Shown here one piece after another: positions 1-8,662 of a stretch of 25,831 nt of DNA. Below the pieces are notes generated by a model, which ran no database searches, was not told the DNA's origin, and was given only the letters and a program-made list of their open reading frames with translations. Location: the NCBI GenBank assembly GCA_051011275.1, contig JBPCUG010000474.1, forward strand, positions 1 through 25,831, read 5' to 3'. A program made the position numbers and the translations under genes. The DNA comes from Cyclobacteriaceae bacterium (lineage in GTDB: Bacteria; Bacteroidota; Bacteroidia; Cytophagales; Cyclobacteriaceae). Position 1 is the first letter of the stretch. The number at the start of each line of letters is the position of its first letter.

Positions 1-35
1 ATATTGCAGTGTAATATTTCCTTTATCGCTATTGC

Positions 36-461
36 CTATGCAACAGCCTCCTCAATGAATTCTATAACTTTTGATAAGACTGGATTGTGATCTTTATCGG
101 TTGGAAAAGTTCTCCCTTACCTTTTGATATATATCCTTTTTGGTATCTATCATAGTCAAACGACCGGCATTTTCCAAATACGTATCAACAGCCCTTTTAC
201 CTTCCAAAGTACTAGAAGCAGGTGCAATTAAAGCTGCTGCTACCCTCATCATAGTTTCTCCACCGCAAACTACCAAATCAGGTTCAGTCTGCCCAGCCGT
301 TTCCGGAATGATCAATTGACCGTTATCAAATTGTTTGGACCATTTTTCCCTAATATTTTCAGTTTGCTGGCTTATGCGAGGCAGAACAACACATGTGGTG
401 AATTGTCCAAATCGATCCAGATCTTTTTGTTATCGCTAACAGATGGTTTTTGTTTGTTCAT
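36..461 (-). pseudogene. Remnant of a DUF354-like (GT-B fold-like) gene with a large internal deletion and frameshifts
   Basis: ATG at 461 reads MNKQKPSVSDNKKIWIDLDNSPHVLFCLA* (TAA 374-372); KIWIDLDNSPH is what I recognise as the DUF354 N-terminus. A second frame from 384 reads LPRISQQTENIREKWSKQFDNGQLIIPE...DLVVCGGETMMRVAAAL...RAVDTYLENAGRL, a degenerate form of the family C-terminus (DLVISGGGTMNREAAAL...AVDxYL..GRL). A third frame (DHNPVLSKVIEFIEEAVA*, TAG 38-36) looks like the tail. Family assignment is by recall, not by search. Confidence 0.65.
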
Positions 462-491
462 GTAGCTTTGATTATAATTCAGCTAATTACG

Positions 492-1409
492 CTACGCATA
501 ACCTTTTTTGTAAAATCCGGCCACGTCCTTTGGTAAAGCATGCCAATATTGATCGGCATACTGCACTTCTATATACTTCAACAAATTCAAATATAACTCG
601 ATTGGAAACTCCTCCTCACCTGGGGTAGCATTGAAACTCATATAATCAGGATGAGTATTTACCAGTACCATACCACCATTTTTTACAATCCAGTCAATTT
701 TTTTTGTCCAGAATCCAATATCTCTTCTACGCATTAAAATAAAAGGAGTGAAATCCTGAGCAAGTGTATAAGGCAATTCCACGTAACTACGTTTTTTTCC
801 CATGTCCGTAACCATAAAAGGGAAAATAGTCCCTACTCCAGATGGCTGCGGCTCGAAGGGATCTGTATCAAAGGTAGATAGATCATATTCAACATCTAGG
901 TCTAACATCCATTGCAAATTTCGATGCATTGCCGGTGCCCTGAAACCCACTGCCTTCCATTCTGCAAGGTAATGATTGATCTTTTCGGCTCTACTGGTAA
1001 ATATTTGTTTTGACTGAAATAGTTTCCCATCGTGATTTAAACCATGAACCCCTACCTCAAATCCGTTTTCTTCCAAATCTTTTCGCAACTCTGGAGAAAC
1101 ACTGTACCGTTCCGGTACAAAATTAAAAGAGGACTTGAAGCCACGTGCCTTTTCAAGTTTCATTAGCTCCAGACATCGATCATGTCCTTTTTGGAACTCT
1201 ACATCATGAGTCAATACAACTGCAAATTGTTTGCCTTCAGGCCACCCTTTCCAACCAGGAGGTTTTGTCCCGGCACTTTCCAAAATGGGCCACTCACTAC
1301 GATACTTGGGTAGTCTAACCTTAACCCATCTTCTCCTTAACCACAATTGCAACCATCGTGGAATTATGGTTTTAAGTTGGTAATAAGCAGTTCTTAACAA
1401 TTTTAACAT
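492..1409 (-). CDS. Polysaccharide deacetylase-like protein (NodB/CE4 superfamily), about 305 aa
   Basis: CE4-type motifs VVLTHDVE, EVGVHGLNHDG (HxxxH metal ligands), GFRAP, ELPYTL and VNTHPDY. Start placed at ATG 1409 (MLKLLRTAYY), 1 nt after the NRPS stop, instead of the overlapping ATG at 1451 given in the ORF track. Confidence 0.8.
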   Translation of the reverse strand: MLKLLRTAYYQLKTIIPRWLQLWLRRRWVKVRLPKYRSEWPILESAGTKPPGWKGWPEGKQFAVVLTHDVEFQKGHDRCLELMKLEKARGFKSSFNFVPERYSVSPELRKDLEENGFEVGVHGLNHDGKLFQSKQIFTSRAEKINHYLAEWKAVGFRAPAMHRNLQWMLDLDVEYDLSTFDTDPFEPQPSGVGTIFPFMVTDMGKKRSYVELPYTLAQDFTPFILMRRRDIGFWTKKIDWIVKNGGMVLVNTHPDYMSFNATPGEEEFPIELYLNLLKYIEVQYADQYWHALPKDVAGFYKKGYA

Positions 1410-1410
1410 A

Positions 1411-4400
1411 TTAGAAATGCAAGGTTTTCGCTGGCGTTTCAATTGCCTCATTTATTTCCTTAGCCAACATTTCCGCAAATGGCTCTACCAGCATCCCACG
1501 TGGACTTATAGGCAACTTTCTAAGTTCCACTCCCTGACTCGCTAAACCTTGCCATCCAAATTGGGGGTCATCTAATCCTTTAAAAAACTTGTCCGGTTTT
1601 ATTAATACAATTTTTCCATCGAACCCAGTAGGTTTATATGCCAATTGGGCTTTGTCATTTAGTTCTGCTATTTTTAAGTGAATGTAATCGGAATCCGAAA
1701 CCTTTTTGAAACCATTTTTAAACCGTTCTTTTAACCGATCCAAGGCTACAGAGAATCTAGCCCTTTCTGCTTGATATTTTATTAAAAAGAACTTTGACTT
1801 GTTATTCGCTTTCATCAAATTTTCAAAGTGATATAAAAGGTTTTGAAACTTGTTATAAAGCACCGATAGCCTTGTTCTTTTGCTAAAATCAATCGATTGA
1901 ATATTATAAGACTCCAACATAATTACAGGCCCTACTTGTTTACCCATCTTTTGCAACTGACGGGCCATTTCAAATGCTATAGTTCCTCCTAGGCAATATC
2001 CTCCAAGAAAATAAGGGCCATCTGGAAATTTTTTAATGATCTCATCGACATAGTGTTGGGCCATTTCTTCCATTTGCGGAATGAAACTGGACCTCCCATC
2101 TAACCCTTGACTTTGCAAGGCATACACAGGCTGATCGTATCTGTTTAGAATTTGAGCTAACTCTCTATAAAGCAATACATTACCCTCGGCCCCGTGCACT
2201 AAAAATAATGGAGGACTGGAACCTTTTGGTTGCACAGGTACTAAAGAAGGCCAAGACGACTTTCCATTATTACTTTCGATCATTTTGGCTTGATGCTTAA
2301 TTGTTGGTGATTCAAATAGGGAAGCCAAAGGCAGGGATTTACCAAATTTCTTATCGATTCGCAGGAACAACTGGGCTGCCAATAAGGAATGCCCACCCAA
2401 ATCAAAGAAACCATCGGTGACACCAACACGTTTCACCCCCAGAAGCGACTCCCACATCTCCACCAGTTGAGATTCCAGTTCGCTAGTGGCCGGCTGGTAA
2501 TCTACACTCTCTGCCGGTACACCATCAGGTTCCGGTAACGATTTGCGATCAATTTTGCCATTCGGGGTCAACGGAAACGAATCTACCGTCATGTAAATCC
2601 CTGGTATCATATAATCAGGCAGTTCTTTTTGCAGAAAAGCTTTAATATCTCCACTATCAATCTCACCATTCTCCGGTATTATATATCCAACTAATCTAGC
2701 CGCTGGTCCTCCCACTCCTTGAACAGATACCACCGCATCGTGTACACTAGAATGGGATTTCAAGCTGGTCTCTATTTCTCCTAGCTCTATCCGGAAGCCA
2801 CGTACTTTTACTTGATAATCCATGCGGCCCAAGCATTCAATCTCCCCGTTGCGCAATATGCGGGCGTAGTCTCCGGTCTTATAAATCCGCGAGCTTCCCG
2901 TAACATCAAATGGGTTTGTTATAAATCTTTCTGCTGTCAGCTCCTCTCGATTTAGGTAGCCACGAGCTAAACCGTCACCTCCTATATGTAATTCCCCGAT
3001 AGCGCCACGAGGTACCAACTGTAGCTGAGAGTCCAATATATAAATCTGGGTATTGGCGATGGGACGACCTATAGCGATCACACCTTGGCGATTCTCCACT
3101 TTTTGTAATGTCGACCAAATAGTGGTCTCGGTGGGCCCATATTCATTCCATAAACTACCCCCTTTGTCAAGCAATTGTGTAGCCAGGTCTCTAGGCATGG
3201 CCTCGCCGCCACATAGTATCTTTAGGTTCGGAGTCTTATCCCAGCCTGCATCTATCATCAATCGCCAGGTGGCTGGCGTTGCTTGCATTACAGTGACATC
3301 ACGTGTAGACAGCTCTTTTACAAGCGCCTTACCGTCCAAAGTAGTTTGTTTATCTACTAACACTAACGTTGCTCCGGTTACCAAAGGCAGGAATATTTCT
3401 AATACCGCAATGTCAAAGGACAGCGTAGTTACCGATAGTAATACATCCGAGGCTTCTAAGCCAGGCTCCTTTTGCATTGAGTGCAAGAAATTCACAACAT
3501 TGCCATGTTCCAATTGCACCCCTTTGGGTTTACCCGTTGATCCTGAAGTGTAGATAACATAAGCCAGGTTGGAGGTTGATACCTCCGTAAGAGGCGTATT
3601 ATGAGCACGTTGTTCTATGACTCCCCAGTCCTGATCCAAAAGCACTAGATTACCCTCATAGTCGGGGAAGGTGTCTTTTAGGTTCTGAGTAGTAATCAGT
3701 ACTGATGAAGAGGCATCCTCTAACATATATAACAACCGATCTTTAGGAAACGCAGGGTCCATTGGAAGATAGGCCGATCCCGATTTTAGTATCCCAAGTA
3801 ATCCTATCACCATCTCTATACCCCGGTCCACGCACAAACCCACCAACTGATCAGGACCAACCCCCTGAGAAATTAAATGATGCGCCAATTGATTCGCTCG
3901 TTGGTTCAATTCTCCATAACTTATAGAGGTCTCTTTAAACTGTATAGCCACCTTATGAGGTGTGCTTGCAGCTTGAGACTCAAACCAATGGTGCAAACAC
4001 ATTTCTTCTGGATATTCACTAAAGGTATGGTTTACCTCTTCCATCAAGAATTGCTGCTCTCTAGGTGATAGAAGCGGAATATTGCCTATGGTTTGATCCG
4101 GATTTGTTGTTATTTGTTCCAACAAAATCCCGAAGTTGGTTATCATTCTTTCAATAGTGGCCCCTTCAAAAAGATCACAATTGTACTCAAGGCTTCCCTT
4201 TATTCCCTGCTCATTTTCCTTGAGCTCCAAATAAAGATCGAACTTAGATGTGCCTGTGGCCAACCTTTCAGGATTCATTTTAATTCCATCAAATGAGCTC
4301 TCTACTAATGGCATTGACTGTAAAACGAGCATCACCTGAAACAATGGATTACGACTCAAATCGCGAACAGGCTTAAGCTCTTCTACCAGCTTGTCCAATG

Positions 4401-7400
4401 GCATTTCCTGGTGTTTAAATGCATCTAAGATCGAAGATTTGTTACGATTTAAGAATTCTACAAAAGTAGGGTCTCCACTTAGGTCCGAGCGAAATACCAC
4501 TGTGTTTACAAAGTACCCAATTGAGTTTTCTAGCTGCTGAGTACTCCGATTGGCTAAGGGTGACCCAATAGTAATATCGTCTTGGCCGCTATATCTTTTT
4601 AACAAGACATTAAAAGCACATAAAATTGTCATATAAAGGGTACATCCCGTCTGTTTGGATAACTCCTTCAACTTATTACGCAATTCCGGGGTGAACTCAA
4701 TTGGCAGGCGGTCACCTTTAAAACTTTGTCGGGCCGGTCTTGGAAAATCAGTGGATAGCTCCAATGGTGGTAAGTTATCCCCTAATTTAGTCCTCCAATA
4801 TTTTAATTGTCTTTCCTCTTCGTCTTCATCGAACCAACTGCGTTGCCAAACGGTATAATCCGCATACTGAATCGGTGGAGGCCCTAACTCAATTTTTTTA
4901 TCGTTAGCCAAAGCATTGTAAACACTTGCTATTTCAGAGAGAAATACACCAAATGACCAGCCATCAAAAATGATGTGATGCAGAAGGAACAATACTAGAT
5001 GTTGCTGCTCTCCATATTTAATGACCACAGATTTTAGTAACGACTCCGCTTTGAGATCAAAACCTTTACCGGCATACTCATTAGCAAGATCTTTGGCGGC
5101 CGCCAAGGTGTTTTGAGGTTGATCGCTGATATTATGAAAATCAAAGTACAAATCTACATTGCTGCCAATTATTTGCTTTAGCTCGCCATCAATTTCACGG
5201 AATCCGGTTCGCAAGGATTCATGACGGTCAACCATCAGCTCCATTGACTCTTTTAATGCCTTGACGTTTAATTCTCCTTCAGCTCTGAAGCAAATGGGAA
5301 TGTTATACACCGCCAGTCCTGGCTCAAGTTGATCTAAAAACCATAATGCCTCCTGTTGAAACGACGGAGGGACATTACCCAAAACACTTTGGCCTGGCAC
5401 TATTGGTTCTCTTACAGCCGAGGTTTCTTGAGCGTCCAAGACTCCAGCGCCCGATTCCTCTTTAATGATCTTAGCCAAATGTTCTATGGTTGGCGATTCG
5501 AATAAAGTGACTAACGGTATGGCTTTGCCAAACTGTTTCTCTATACGCATTAATAGCTGTGCGGCCAGCAAAGAATGTCCCCCTAAATCGAAAAAACCAT
5601 CAATAACACCAACTCCGGTAACCCCCAATAGAGATTCCCACATTTCTACCAACTGGGATTCCACTTCGTCCCGAGCCTCTTGATAATCTGCGGTCTCGAC
5701 GCTGGCACCATCTGGGTCTGGCAGCGATCTGCGATCGATTTTGCCATTTGGAGTTAGAGGGAAAGATTCCAAAGTCATGTAGATGCCAGGTATCATATAG
5801 TCAGGCAGGTCTTTCTGTAGGTGACTTTTAATCTCCGCAGTGTCAATTTCACCATTCTCCGGTATGATATAACCCACCAATCGGGGCGCCAGTCCTTCTG
5901 CACTCTGTACGGATACTATTGCATCATGAACAGTAGCATGTGATTTCAAGCTGGTCTCGATTTCTCCCAGTTCAATCCGGAATCCCCTGACTTTGACCTG
6001 GTAATCTATTCTACCCAAACATTCAAGTTCACCGTTGGCCAATATGCGAGCGTAATCTCCAGTTTTGTAGATTTTAGAATTACTTGAAGGATCAAATGGG
6101 TTGGAGATGAACTTTTCTTCATTTAGTTCCGGTCGGTTTAAATAACCACGCGCCAATCCGTCACCTCCAATATGCAATTCTCCCACTACACCTCTGGGCA
6201 CCAATTGTAGATGTTTATCTAAAATGTATACTTGGGTATTGTTAACAGGTTTGCCTATTGTTACCTTACCTTCCCTATTCTCTACATGCTTAAAGGTGGC
6301 ATAAACGGTAGCTTCTGTTGGCCCATATCCGTTCCACATGCTAGCACTTTTATCTATCATTTTGGTGGCCAAATCTCTGGGTATCGGTTCACCGCCACAT
6401 AAAATCTTTAATTTCGGAGTTTGCTGCCACCCGGCTTCTACCATCAACCTATAGGTCGCTGGAGTGCCTTGTAATACTGTCACTGACCGCTTTTCAATTT
6501 CGGCCAGCAATGCCTTACCATCCATACTGACCTGCTTGCTTACCAATACCAATCTAGCTCCTGTAACCAGGGGTAAAAAAATCTCAAGTACTGAGATATC
6601 AAAAGACAAAGTGGTAACTGAAAGCAATATGTCCTCTTGTACGAGACCAGGTGTCACTTGAACTGACGATAACATATTGACCGCATTTTTGTGTTCTACC
6701 TGCACACCCTTGGGTTTTCCAGTTGATCCGGAAGTATAAATCACATAAGCTAGCTGCTCAGAACTAAATGAGATTGAAGGGTTGTGCCCTGGCTGGGTTT
6801 CAATACTGGACCAATCATCTATGAAAACCATTTCACCCTGATAATTTGGAAAAGTATCTGCCAAATCTCTGGTAGTCACTAATATTGATGAAGAGGTGTC
6901 CTCCAACATATATTGTAGTCTGTCCTTGGGAAACATTGGGTCCAAAGGAAGATATGCTGATCCCGATTTCAAAATAGCCAATAAGCCAGCAACCATTTCA
7001 ATGCTACGGTCTACACATATACCGATTATTTGATCCGGTTTGGCACCTATCTGCAGCAGGTAATGTGCAAGTTGGTTTGCTTTGATGTTTAAGTCCTTAT
7101 AAGTAATCGATTGCTGCTTGTAAAGAATAGCTATGTGGTCCGGGTGGAAACCGACCTGATTTTCAAACCATTGATGTATACACACCTCCTTAGGGTATGT
7201 ATTTTTTGTGTCATTAATATCCTTCAAAAGAAAGGACTTTTCTCCTTCTGGGAGTATGGAAATACTTTCGATGTGCTGGTTAGGATCCAAAGCGATTTCA
7301 TCCAATAGAATTTGGAAATTTTCTATCATTCTATCTATCGTCCCACTTTCAAATAATTCGGTATTAAACTCTACTACTCCATCGGCACCATTTTCGGTCT

Positions 7401-8643
7401 CTTTTAGTAAGAATGAAAGATCAAACTTGGAGGTTTTGGTCTCTAGCTTTACTGGGTCCAACGAAATCCCATCGAATTCTACTTCTCGGGAGGGCACTGA
7501 CTGTAAGGCTAGCATCACTTGAAACAATGGATTGCGGCTTAAATCACGAGTCGGCTTCAGTTCCTCCACTAGTTTATCCAAGGGCATTTCCCGATGCTCA
7601 AACGCATCAAGAATCGAGCTTCTGCAACGCTTCAGCAGGTCAATAAACGTAGGATTGTCCGTTAAGTCGCTGCGGAACACCACCGTGTTCACATAATAAC
7701 CAATGGAACTTTCTAGTTCTGAGCTGTCCCTATTAGCCATTGGGGAACCTACTGTTATGTCGTCTTGCCCACTGTATCGTTTCAATAATACCTTAAATGC
7801 ACAAAGTAAGGTCATATACAACGTACAGTGATGAGTGCTGGACAACTGCTTTAGTCCATTTAGTGTGTTGAGGGAAATACTCATCCAGCGGACATCCCCT
7901 TTGAAGTTTTGCCGGGGAGGTCTTGGAAAGTCTGTTGGCAATTCCAATGGCTCCAACTCCCCTCCCAAATTTTCTTTCCAAAATTTCAGCTGTCGCTTTA
8001 ACTCACCTTGCTCAAACCATTTGCGTTGCCATACCGAGTAGTCTGCATATTGTATCGCGGTAGGTTCTAAGTCAATTTCCTTGGCGTGCAATAGCGCGTT
8101 GTACACTGACCCTAGTTCAGATAGAAATATACCTGAGGACCAACCATCAAAAATAATGTGGTGTAGTATGAATAGTAGTAAATATTGATCCTCTCCATAT
8201 TTAATAACTATTGGTCTGAACAGTGATTTGTCGGTAAGATCAAACCCCAGAGTAGCATGATCTCTTGCCATTTGCATGGCCTCATCGAGGGCATTTGGTA
8301 CCTGCTTTGAGATTTCTTGATAGTCAATGGTTACTTTAATGTCCTTATAAATAATCTGCCTAAGTTCACCGTCTATTTTACCAAATCCCGTCCTAAGGAC
8401 TTCGTGACGGTTGACCATAAAATCAATAGCCTCGGCTAAAACGGGAACCTTTAAGTCGCCCTTTGCTTTAAAACATAAAAGTAAATTATATACTGGTAGT
8501 CCTGGCTCAAGCTGATCCAAAAACCACAACGCTTCTTGTTGAAAAGATAGCGGAAATGTATAAAACTCTTCTTGGCTATCAGTGTTTACTTGATCTTGAA
8601 TTTCAGAAACGGTCGATTTGCCTGCTGCTTTTTTTTGATTCAT
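1411..8643 (-). CDS. Bimodular terminal NRPS: C-A(Gly-clade)-T-C-A(Gly-clade)-T-TE(Cys type), 2410 aa
   Basis: Two C domains with HHIIFDG (about 8145-8165 and 4960-4980). Two A domains with YTSGSTGKPKG, YGPTE, YKTGD, RGFRIELGEIE and NGKID. Two T domains with DGFFDLGGHSL. Terminal alpha/beta-hydrolase with HGAEG and GYCLG (Cys at 1993-1995). Specificity codes read by eye: DILQLGGVYK and DILQLGEIWK. Confidence 0.95.
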   Translation of the reverse strand: MNQKKAAGKSTVSEIQDQVNTDSQEEFYTFPLSFQQEALWFLDQLEPGLPVYNLLLCFKAKGDLKVPVLAEAIDFMVNRHEVLRTGFGKIDGELRQIIYKDIKVTIDYQEISKQVPNALDEAMQMARDHATLGFDLTDKSLFRPIVIKYGEDQYLLLFILHHIIFDGWSSGIFLSELGSVYNALLHAKEIDLEPTAIQYADYSVWQRKWFEQGELKRQLKFWKENLGGELEPLELPTDFPRPPRQNFKGDVRWMSISLNTLNGLKQLSSTHHCTLYMTLLCAFKVLLKRYSGQDDITVGSPMANRDSSELESSIGYYVNTVVFRSDLTDNPTFIDLLKRCRSSILDAFEHREMPLDKLVEELKPTRDLSRNPLFQVMLALQSVPSREVEFDGISLDPVKLETKTSKFDLSFLLKETENGADGVVEFNTELFESGTIDRMIENFQILLDEIALDPNQHIESISILPEGEKSFLLKDINDTKNTYPKEVCIHQWFENQVGFHPDHIAILYKQQSITYKDLNIKANQLAHYLLQIGAKPDQIIGICVDRSIEMVAGLLAILKSGSAYLPLDPMFPKDRLQYMLEDTSSSILVTTRDLADTFPNYQGEMVFIDDWSSIETQPGHNPSISFSSEQLAYVIYTSGSTGKPKGVQVEHKNAVNMLSSVQVTPGLVQEDILLSVTTLSFDISVLEIFLPLVTGARLVLVSKQVSMDGKALLAEIEKRSVTVLQGTPATYRLMVEAGWQQTPKLKILCGGEPIPRDLATKMIDKSASMWNGYGPTEATVYATFKHVENREGKVTIGKPVNNTQVYILDKHLQLVPRGVVGELHIGGDGLARGYLNRPELNEEKFISNPFDPSSNSKIYKTGDYARILANGELECLGRIDYQVKVRGFRIELGEIETSLKSHATVHDAIVSVQSAEGLAPRLVGYIIPENGEIDTAEIKSHLQKDLPDYMIPGIYMTLESFPLTPNGKIDRRSLPDPDGASVETADYQEARDEVESQLVEMWESLLGVTGVGVIDGFFDLGGHSLLAAQLLMRIEKQFGKAIPLVTLFESPTIEHLAKIIKEESGAGVLDAQETSAVREPIVPGQSVLGNVPPSFQQEALWFLDQLEPGLAVYNIPICFRAEGELNVKALKESMELMVDRHESLRTGFREIDGELKQIIGSNVDLYFDFHNISDQPQNTLAAAKDLANEYAGKGFDLKAESLLKSVVIKYGEQQHLVLFLLHHIIFDGWSFGVFLSEIASVYNALANDKKIELGPPPIQYADYTVWQRSWFDEDEEERQLKYWRTKLGDNLPPLELSTDFPRPARQSFKGDRLPIEFTPELRNKLKELSKQTGCTLYMTILCAFNVLLKRYSGQDDITIGSPLANRSTQQLENSIGYFVNTVVFRSDLSGDPTFVEFLNRNKSSILDAFKHQEMPLDKLVEELKPVRDLSRNPLFQVMLVLQSMPLVESSFDGIKMNPERLATGTSKFDLYLELKENEQGIKGSLEYNCDLFEGATIERMITNFGILLEQITTNPDQTIGNIPLLSPREQQFLMEEVNHTFSEYPEEMCLHHWFESQAASTPHKVAIQFKETSISYGELNQRANQLAHHLISQGVGPDQLVGLCVDRGIEMVIGLLGILKSGSAYLPMDPAFPKDRLLYMLEDASSSVLITTQNLKDTFPDYEGNLVLLDQDWGVIEQRAHNTPLTEVSTSNLAYVIYTSGSTGKPKGVQLEHGNVVNFLHSMQKEPGLEASDVLLSVTTLSFDIAVLEIFLPLVTGATLVLVDKQTTLDGKALVKELSTRDVTVMQATPATWRLMIDAGWDKTPNLKILCGGEAMPRDLATQLLDKGGSLWNEYGPTETTIWSTLQKVENRQGVIAIGRPIANTQIYILDSQLQLVPRGAIGELHIGGDGLARGYLNREELTAERFITNPFDVTGSSRIYKTGDYARILRNGEIECLGRMDYQVKVRGFRIELGEIETSLKSHSSVHDAVVSVQGVGGPAARLVGYIIPENGEIDSGDIKAFLQKELPDYMIPGIYMTVDSFPLTPNGKIDRKSLPEPDGVPAESVDYQPATSELESQLVEMWESLLGVKRVGVTDGFFDLGGHSLLAAQLFLRIDKKFGKSLPLASLFESPTIKHQAKMIESNNGKSSWPSLVPVQPKGSSPPLFLVHGAEGNVLLYRELAQILNRYDQPVYALQSQGLDGRSSFIPQMEEMAQHYVDEIIKKFPDGPYFLGGYCLGGTIAFEMARQLQKMGKQVGPVIMLESYNIQSIDFSKRTRLSVLYNKFQNLLYHFENLMKANNKSKFFLIKYQAERARFSVALDRLKERFKNGFKKVSDSDYIHLKIAELNDKAQLAYKPTGFDGKIVLIKPDKFFKGLDDPQFGWQGLASQGVELRKLPISPRGMLVEPFAEMLAKEINEAIETPAKTLHF
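4355..4383. repeat. 29-bp exact repeat shared by paralogous C domains (copy 1; copy 2 at 10839-10867)
   Basis: CTCAAATCGCGAACAGGCTTAAGCTCTTC is identical at 4355-4383 and 10839-10867, marking the duplicated C domains of modules 4 and 2. Confidence 0.85.
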
Positions 8644-8662
8644 TCCTTCCTATTTTCTTAAA

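Noticed and set aside
94-315. 73-aa ORF as an independent small protein
   Set aside because: Its frame extends upstream to 384 without a good start, and it is better explained as the C-terminal fragment of the DUF354-like pseudogene.
1411-1451. 41-nt overlap between the NRPS and the deacetylase (start at 1451)
   Set aside because: An in-frame ATG at 1409 sits 1 nt after the NRPS stop, the same TAA-N-ATG arrangement as at 15282/15280, and removes the overlap.
1420-2260. Confident prediction of a beta-lactone or beta-lactam product from the Cys-TE
   Set aside because: The precedents retain a catalytic His (my recall), and the terminal module is Gly-clade, with no evident beta-hydroxy or beta-amino nucleophile. 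It is kept only as a remote alternative.
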